Assembly (NCBI RefSeq): GCF_006345805.1 | Contig: NW_021833679.1 | Coordinates: 1-56,292, forward strand | Origin: Octopus sinensis | Lineage: Eukaryota | Length of the DNA: 56,292 nucleotides | Direction: 5' to 3' | Program-made: the position numbers and the translations under genes | The notes under the pieces: model-generated | The model's database searches: none | Seen by the model: the letters and a program-made list of their open reading frames with translations, nothing else | What the model was told of the DNA's origin: nothing | Shown: positions 49,797-56,292 of the stretch, one piece after another | Numbering within the stretch: position 1 is the first letter of the stretch | How the letters are laid out: every line of letters begins with the position of its first letter

Positions 49797-50445
49797 ACAG
49801 AAAAAAACAAGGAGAGGAAAAAATGCGTGTAGGAGCTAATGATCTATCATGGCGTCCTGACTTCGGACAAAGTATATATATATATAATATATATATATAT
49901 ACATACATGAATAAATGTATTATATAAAACATCTCGAAATATCGAGTAAAAGGAAAATGATCAACAACAAAATCAATAGGAACGAAAGTTTTGCTTAAAT
50001 TTTTTTGTCTTCATTGAGCAATTTTGAACATTGTATAATGATACTCATGTGTATGTGTGTATGTTTGTGTGTGTGTCTGTCTATGTCCGTGTCTGTGTGT
50101 GCGCGCGCGTGTGTGCTGTGTAAAAGTGACAGACGAAAGAGAGAATTTTTGCAGTGATGAGAATTTGTCAATGGTTCATTGGTACTGATGAAAAAGTCAA
50201 CTGTGACAGTGGTTTTACTTTATTGTAGTTCTTTTATGTAATGGTGGTGGTGAAGGTAATGCTGTTGTTCTTTATTGTGGTGGTGGTGGTGGTGGGAGAC
50301 GTCATGGAGAAGTGGAACGGTTGTGTTGGTGCCTGAAGGTTTGTGGTTGGTGATCGTTTCTGCTTTTAGTAAGTTAGTTAGTTAACAATAGTGTTTTGTT
50401 AGTTTGGGGTGGGGGCAGTCATGGTTTTTACTTTTACAGTCCTTT

Positions 50446-50451
50446 TTTATT
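50446..50451 (-). other. Candidate polyadenylation signal (AATAAA) of the tetraspan gene
   Basis: tttatt on plus, ~180 nt past the stop codon; other candidates further on (~50219, ~50263). Confidence 0.3.
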
Positions 50452-50630
50452 GATTCCTTTCTGACCGCCAACATCATTTACATAGCATAATTAAATACAA
50501 TAACCATAAAAAAATTTTGATATAATATTATTTTGAAGTGCCCGGAGTGCCATAGTGTGTTACAGTGCCAATGTGCCGCTGGTGTTTTTGCGGTGCTATC
50601 GCCTTTGCTTCGCAATGTAACGTTTATCAC

Positions 50631-50848
50631 TCACATTGTATAGTAGTCGAACTTGTCGCTATGAAATACTTCATCGTAACAGACTTTGACGAGGATCACC
50701 AAGATGGACGACTCGACGAAACACAGACCAATGGATATCCATGCCAGCATGAATGACCACTGATATTCCGCGTTGTCCTCTGACGTATGGTAATTTCCCA
50801 GATCTTCCAGGGCGATGAAGCAGATGCAGCCAATAATTCCCAAGAAAG
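50631..50848 (-). CDS. Terminal exon of PMP22/EMP/claudin-superfamily tetraspan protein (end of TM3, ECL2, TM4, tail)
   Basis: ttccag acceptor; (A)FLGIIGCICFIALEDLGNYHTSEDNAEYQWSFMLAWISIGLCFVESSILVILVKVCYDEVFHSDKFDYYTM*; Y.WSF.LAW is the typical TM4-entry motif. Confidence 0.85.
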
Positions 50849-50904
50849 CTGGAAGCGGAGTAGAAAAGAAAAAGCAACATTATGCAAAAAAAAAAAAAAA
50901 AATA

Positions 50905-50940
<36 letters not shown>

Positions 50941-51487
50941 CAGTACTAGGCAGTGGCTCTCGTGGCTTCTGATCTTAACTGATTGGAAGTGTTATCATGT
51001 ACATTGTTTTGTCTTGGTATAAAAGATGGGCTACAGCAAATATTCTGCTCAATACCACGGATTTGCTTGTCAGTTGTTTGACCTTAACCAGTTGAGCATG
51101 TCCCTTAGTGGCTGACGATATGTGCATCTCTGATCACAAGCAGAAGTAGTGGGGGAGCATCGTAGACATGTGTTGAGGGGAATTCTTTGGGATATGGATA
51201 ATTCACCTCTGAAAACATGGGTGTTTCGTTCAACATCTTTAAACAATCCTTATTCTGGGACATTTTGAGCAGGATGGGTTACTCGACCTGAAGAAAATTC
51301 TAACTGGGCCCCACCTGCAAGGCCATGCGCTGTTTATATTGATCAGAGATCACCATATCGTGCACATATGGTTGTGATGCACGTGCCTGGTATACCTTTA
51401 TCAGACATGTAGTCATAATGGGTATACTGGGCTTCGTATATTTTGTACCCCTGTGTCATTTTGATGGCATGCTCTGCTCTCTCACTC

Positions 51488-51758
<271 letters not shown>

Positions 51759-51772
51759 TGATGAAATCTTAC

Positions 51773-51925
51773 CTGCCATTAATTCAAAAACGGACAAAAC
51801 AAAGAACAAAACAACTTTTTTCTTGACGTGGCAACATGACGGAACGGCGCAGAAGAATACAATTTTAGATATGAACTGGGTGAAGGCACTTAAACAGACG
51901 AATATGACATAGGAGCGTTTGATAT
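51773..51925 (-). CDS. Penultimate exon of the same tetraspan gene (TM2, loop, start of TM3)
   Basis: tctttcag acceptor, gtaag donor; 153 nt phase 1-1; IKRSYVIFVCLSAFTQFISKIVFFCAVPSCCHVKKKVVLFFVLSVFELMA; splices in frame to 50848. Upstream exons were not found in the window. Confidence 0.82.
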
Positions 51926-52312
51926 CTGAAAGAGAAAAAGTTATGAAACTTAGATGAAAACGTCTCAGCAAAACACAAGCACACAAGCAAGCATGAATAC
52001 ACCCGCGCACCCCACCACACACATAATACATACATATAGGTGCAGGAGTGGCTGTGTGGTAAGTAGCTTGTTTACCAACCACATGGTTCCGGGTTCAGTC
52101 CCACTGCGTGACACCTTGGGCAAGTGTCTTCTACTATAGCCACGGGTCGACCAAAGCCTTGTGAGTGGATTTGGTAGACGGAAACTGAAAGAAGCCCGTC
52201 GTATATATGTATATATATATATTTCTTTACTACCCACAAGGGGCTAAACACAGAGGGGACAAACAAGGACAAACAAACGGATTAAGTCAATTACTTCGAC
52301 CCCAGTGCGTAG

Positions 52313-55157
52313 CTGGTACTTAATTTATCGACCCCGAAAGGATGAAAGGCAAAGTCGACCTCGGCGGAATTTGAACTCAGAACGTAACGGCAGACGAAAT
52401 ACGGCTTCGCATTTCGCCCGGCGTGCTACCGTTTCTGCCAGCTCGCCATATGTATATATATATATATGCGTGTGTGTGTTTGTGTGTCTGTGTTTGTCCC
52501 CCTAGCATTGCTTGACAACCGATGCTGGTGTGTTTATGTCCCCATTACTTAGCGGTTCGGCAAAAGAGACCGATAGAATAAGTACTGGGCTTACAAAAGA
52601 ATAAGTCCCGGGGTCGAGTTGCTCGATTAAAGGCGGTGCTCCAGCATGGCCGCAGTCAAAATGACTGAAGCAAGTAAAAGAGTAAAAGAGTATATAGATT
52701 GCAAGCATAAGAGGAAAATAGCATAAATGATATTCAATACATTGGTTTAAATTTTATTCCCGTATTGTTTAAACTGATGTTTTCGTCATTTTTCAAGGTT
52801 CAAAGTTTGAAACAATACACGGCATGAAACTCGAGAAAAGCATGCATGAATGAAAGTAGCAGGTCTCTGCTTAAAATTTGAACTCGGGACCCGTTCTTTC
52901 CAATCATGATTTTCTCGATAAGCAACTAGACTCTCCAAATTACTTCTTTAATTATGCGCCCTTTTCAAGCCTAGCTAGGCTCATGGGCCCGGTTTCCCGA
53001 TTTCTGTGGCGTATTTGCCCCACCACGCCCAGCTGGACGGGACGCTAGTCCATCGCAGCGTTACTCAAGAAACAGGAAGAAAGAGTGAGAGAAAGTTGGG
53101 GTGAAAGAGTACAACAGGAGTGTCGCCACCACCCCCTGCCGGAGCCTCATGGAGCTTTAGGTGTTTTCGCTCAATAAACACATACAGCGCCCGATCTGGG
53201 AATCGAAACCGCGATCCTCCGACCGCGAGTCTGCTGTCCTAACCACTGGGCCATTGGCCTCCACTAAATAAATGCGCCCAATTAAATCCTAGCCAGGTTC
53301 ATGGGCCCGGTTTCCCGGTTTCCCGGTTTCAATGGCGTATGTGTTCCCCAGATGGAAGGGACGCCGATCCATCGCAGCGTTACTCATTTTTGCCAGCTGA
53401 GTGGACTGGAGCAACGGGAAATGAAGTGTTTTGCTCAAGAACACAACGCGTCGACCGGTCTAGGAATCGAAACCACAATCTTACGATCATAATACTGATA
53501 CCCTAGCCACTAAGCCACGCGTTTCCAAACTCTCCAAATTAACTGAAATCATATAAAAATATACGTCTATGTATTTCTTTTGAAGATACTTGATATGAAA
53601 TCATATATTCTTTTCTTTTTTACTCTAGGCACAAGGCCCGAAGTTTTGGGCGTGGAGAGCCCATTTAATTAGGCCGACCCCAGTATGCAACTGGTACTTA
53701 ATTTATCGACCCCGAAAGGATGAAAGGCAAAGTCGACCTCGGCGGAATTTGAACTCAGAACGTAGCGGCAGACGAAATACGGCTTCGCATTTCGCCCGGC
53801 GTGCTACCGTTTCTGCCAGCTCGCCATATGTATATATATATATGCATATGTGTGATTGTGTGTCTGTGTTTGTCCCCCTAGCATTGCTTGACAACCGATG
53901 CTGGTGTGTTTACGTCCCCGTTACTTAGCGGTTCGGCAAAAGAGACCGATAGAATAAGTACTGAGCTTACAAAAGAATAAGTCCCGGGGTCGAGTTGCTC
54001 GACTAAAGGTGGTGCTCCAGCATGGCCGCAGTCAAATGACTGAAACAAGTAAAAGAGTAAAAGAGTAAAGAGTATATAGATTGCAAGCATAAGAAGAAAA
54101 TAGCATAAATGATATTCAATACGTTGGTTTATATTTTATTCCCGTATTGTTTAAACTGATGTTTTCGTCATTTTTCAAGTTTGAAAGTTTGAAACTGTAC
54201 ACGGCATGAAACTCGAGAAAAGCATGCATGAATGAAAGTAGCAGGTCTCTGCTTAAAATTTGAAACCGGGACCCGTTCTTTCCAATCATGAATTTTCTCT
54301 ATAAGCAACTAGACTCTCCAAATTAGTTTTTTTTTTATTTATGCGCCCTTTTCAAGCCGAGCCAGGCTCATGGGCCCGGTTTACCGGTTTCTGTAGCGTA
54401 TGTGTTCCCACGCCACTAGCTGGATGGGACGCTAGTCCATCGCAGCGTTACTCAAGAAACAGGAAGAAAGAGTGAGAGAAAGTTGGGGTGAAAGAGTACA
54501 ACAGGGGTCGCCACCACCTCCTGCCGGAGCCTCGTGGAGCTTTAGGTGTTTTTTGCTCAATAAACACACACAGCGCCCGGTCTGGGAATCGAAACCGTGA
54601 TCCTCCGACCGCGAGTCCGCTGTCCTAACCACTGGGCCATTGGCCTCCACTAAATAAATGCGCCCTTTTAAAGCCTAGCCAGGTTCATGGGCCCGGTTTC
54701 CCGGTTTCAATGGCGTATGTGTTCCCCAGATGGACGGGACGCCAGTCCATCGCAGCGTTACTCATATTTTGCCAGCTGAGTGGACTGGAGCAACATGAAA
54801 TGAAGTGTTTTGCTCAAGAACACAACGCGTCACCCGGTCCAGGAATCGAAACCACAATCTTACGATCATAATGCTGACACCCTAGCCACTAAGCCACGCG
54901 TTTCCAAACTCTCCAAATTAACTGAAATCATATAAAAATATACGTCTATGTATTTCTTTTGAAGATACTTGATATGAAATCATATATTCTTTTCTTTTTT
55001 ACTCTAGGCACAAGTCCCGAAGTTTTGGGCGTGGGGGCCATTTAATTAGGCCGACCCCAGTATGCAACTGGTACTTAATTTATCGGCCCTGAAAGGATGA
55101 AAGGCAAAGTCGACCTCGGCGGAATTTGAACTCAGAACGTAGCGGCAGACGAAATAC
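52313..55157. repeat. Recent ~1.38-kb tandem duplication (two units) with breakpoints in family C SINEs
   Basis: Unique sequence repeats at a ~1,378-bp offset (tatatagattgcaagc at 52691 and 54073; ctggtactta at 52313, 53691, 55068). Confidence 0.9.
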
Positions 55158-55762
55158 CTATTTCTTTATTACCCACAAGGGGCTGAACATAGAGGGGACA
55201 AACATGGACAGACATAGGTATTAAGTCGATTATATCGACCCCAGTGCTTAACTGGTACTTAATTTATCGACCCCGACAGGATGAAAGGCAAAGTCGACCT
55301 CGGCGGAATTTGAACTCAGAACGTAACGGCAGACGAAATACCGCTAAGCATTTCGCCCGGAGTGCTAACGTTTCTGCCAGCTCGTTGCCTTGATATGAAA
55401 TCATATAGTCTTTTCTACTCTAGGCACAAAGACGGAAATTTTCGGGGGAAGGGACCGGTCGATTAGATCGACTCCAGTACGCAGCTGGTACTTAATTTAT
55501 CGACCCTGAAAGGATGAAAGGCAAAGTCGACCTCGGCGGAATTTGAATGTTTTCGTTTTTTATGTTCTCATTTCTCATTTTGTTGGCGTGTTTTTGATGT
55601 CCTGTACCCATATATGCATGTATACATACATACATATGTAGGTATGTACATATATGTATGTATATATGCATATATTTATATAATATTTATATTATATTAT
55701 ATTATATTATATTATGATAGATAGTTAGTTCCTACACGCATTTTTTTCTCTTTTTCTGTGTA

Positions 55763-55801
55763 TCTTTCTGTCGAAGATCGTAGGCTCGAAGCGTAAAAGA
55801 C
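55763..55801 (+). ncRNA. Degenerate hammerhead-like motif (core CUGUCGA)
   Basis: tcttt-ctgtcga-a-gatc-gtag-gctc-gaagcgta-aaagac; stem II mismatch and A15.1>G. Confidence 0.35.
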
Positions 55802-56292
55802 TTTTTCTATTCCTGAGCGCTATACTAATACATTTGTTTGTTTGTACTCCACCTGCCTTCGTCTTTTGTTTATTTTCGTAAACTTTCCCTTTATATATAT
55901 ATATATATATTGAAAACAGTGGATGTATTCCACCGAAGCTAGGTAAATAAACCTTTGAACAGAGATTGTCGGAAGCGACACCTACTGGTTTGGCTACGCT
56001 GCATTGAAAAGGGGCATACCCCAAACGCGTCGTAGCTGCCGGCCAAGTAGTGTGGAGCGACTGACCTCCCTTTTCGAAGGTTATATGGATACAGTTTGTG
56101 TATCAAATAGCTAACTTAAGGCGATGGCCTCATGGAGCTAATAAGCGGTCCTTTTTTTTCTTATTTTTATAAGAATGCCATATTAGTATGGCGATAACTA
56201 ATATATATATATAATATACATATATAGAGTGCGTGTGTTTACTGGCAAAATATGACCATCCCGAATATAACAATAGCTGTTCCAACACATAA

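Noticed and set aside
55725-56024. 99-aa minus-strand ORF as a possible upstream exon of the tetraspan gene
   Set aside because: No TM1 or W-GLW-C motif. It crosses a (TA)n tract and the hammerhead repeat, and the adjacent sequence (~56070-56140) matches a repeat also seen at ~20860-20910.

Overview
AT-rich animal genomic DNA dense in microsatellites and SINEs. The repeat families resemble octopus (coleoid cephalopod) repeats as I recall them; this is inference, not a database result. Two convergent spliced genes can be built by hand. (1) Plus strand, 329-28455: the last 21 exons (about 1,092 aa) of a large single-pass membrane protein. Its order is pentraxin/LamG-like end, HYR, sushi-like, ferredoxin/SEA-like module, 8 Cys-rich ephrin-receptor-like (GCC2/GCC3) repeats, a second SEA-like module, 1 more GCC repeat, TM helix, and a 65-aa tail with a YTNPLF motif. 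Every GT-AG junction is phase-consistent; the 5' end lies upstream of the window. (2) Minus strand, 50631-51925: the last two exons of a PMP22/claudin-superfamily tetraspan protein. Introns and the 22-kb intergenic region hold several tRNA-derived SINE families, RTE-like tails, an internally deleted mariner, Helitron-like elements, MITEs, a long-TIR element and local tandem duplications. The most unusual signal is a ~200-bp (TA)n-associated repeat. It carries a minimal type-I hammerhead-ribozyme fold with a loopless palindromic stem III and a non-canonical U at core position 6. There are five copies plus one diverged relative with canonical A6, and two of these lie on the sense strand in the intron before the TM exon. 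All coordinates were counted by hand and repeat boundaries are approximate.
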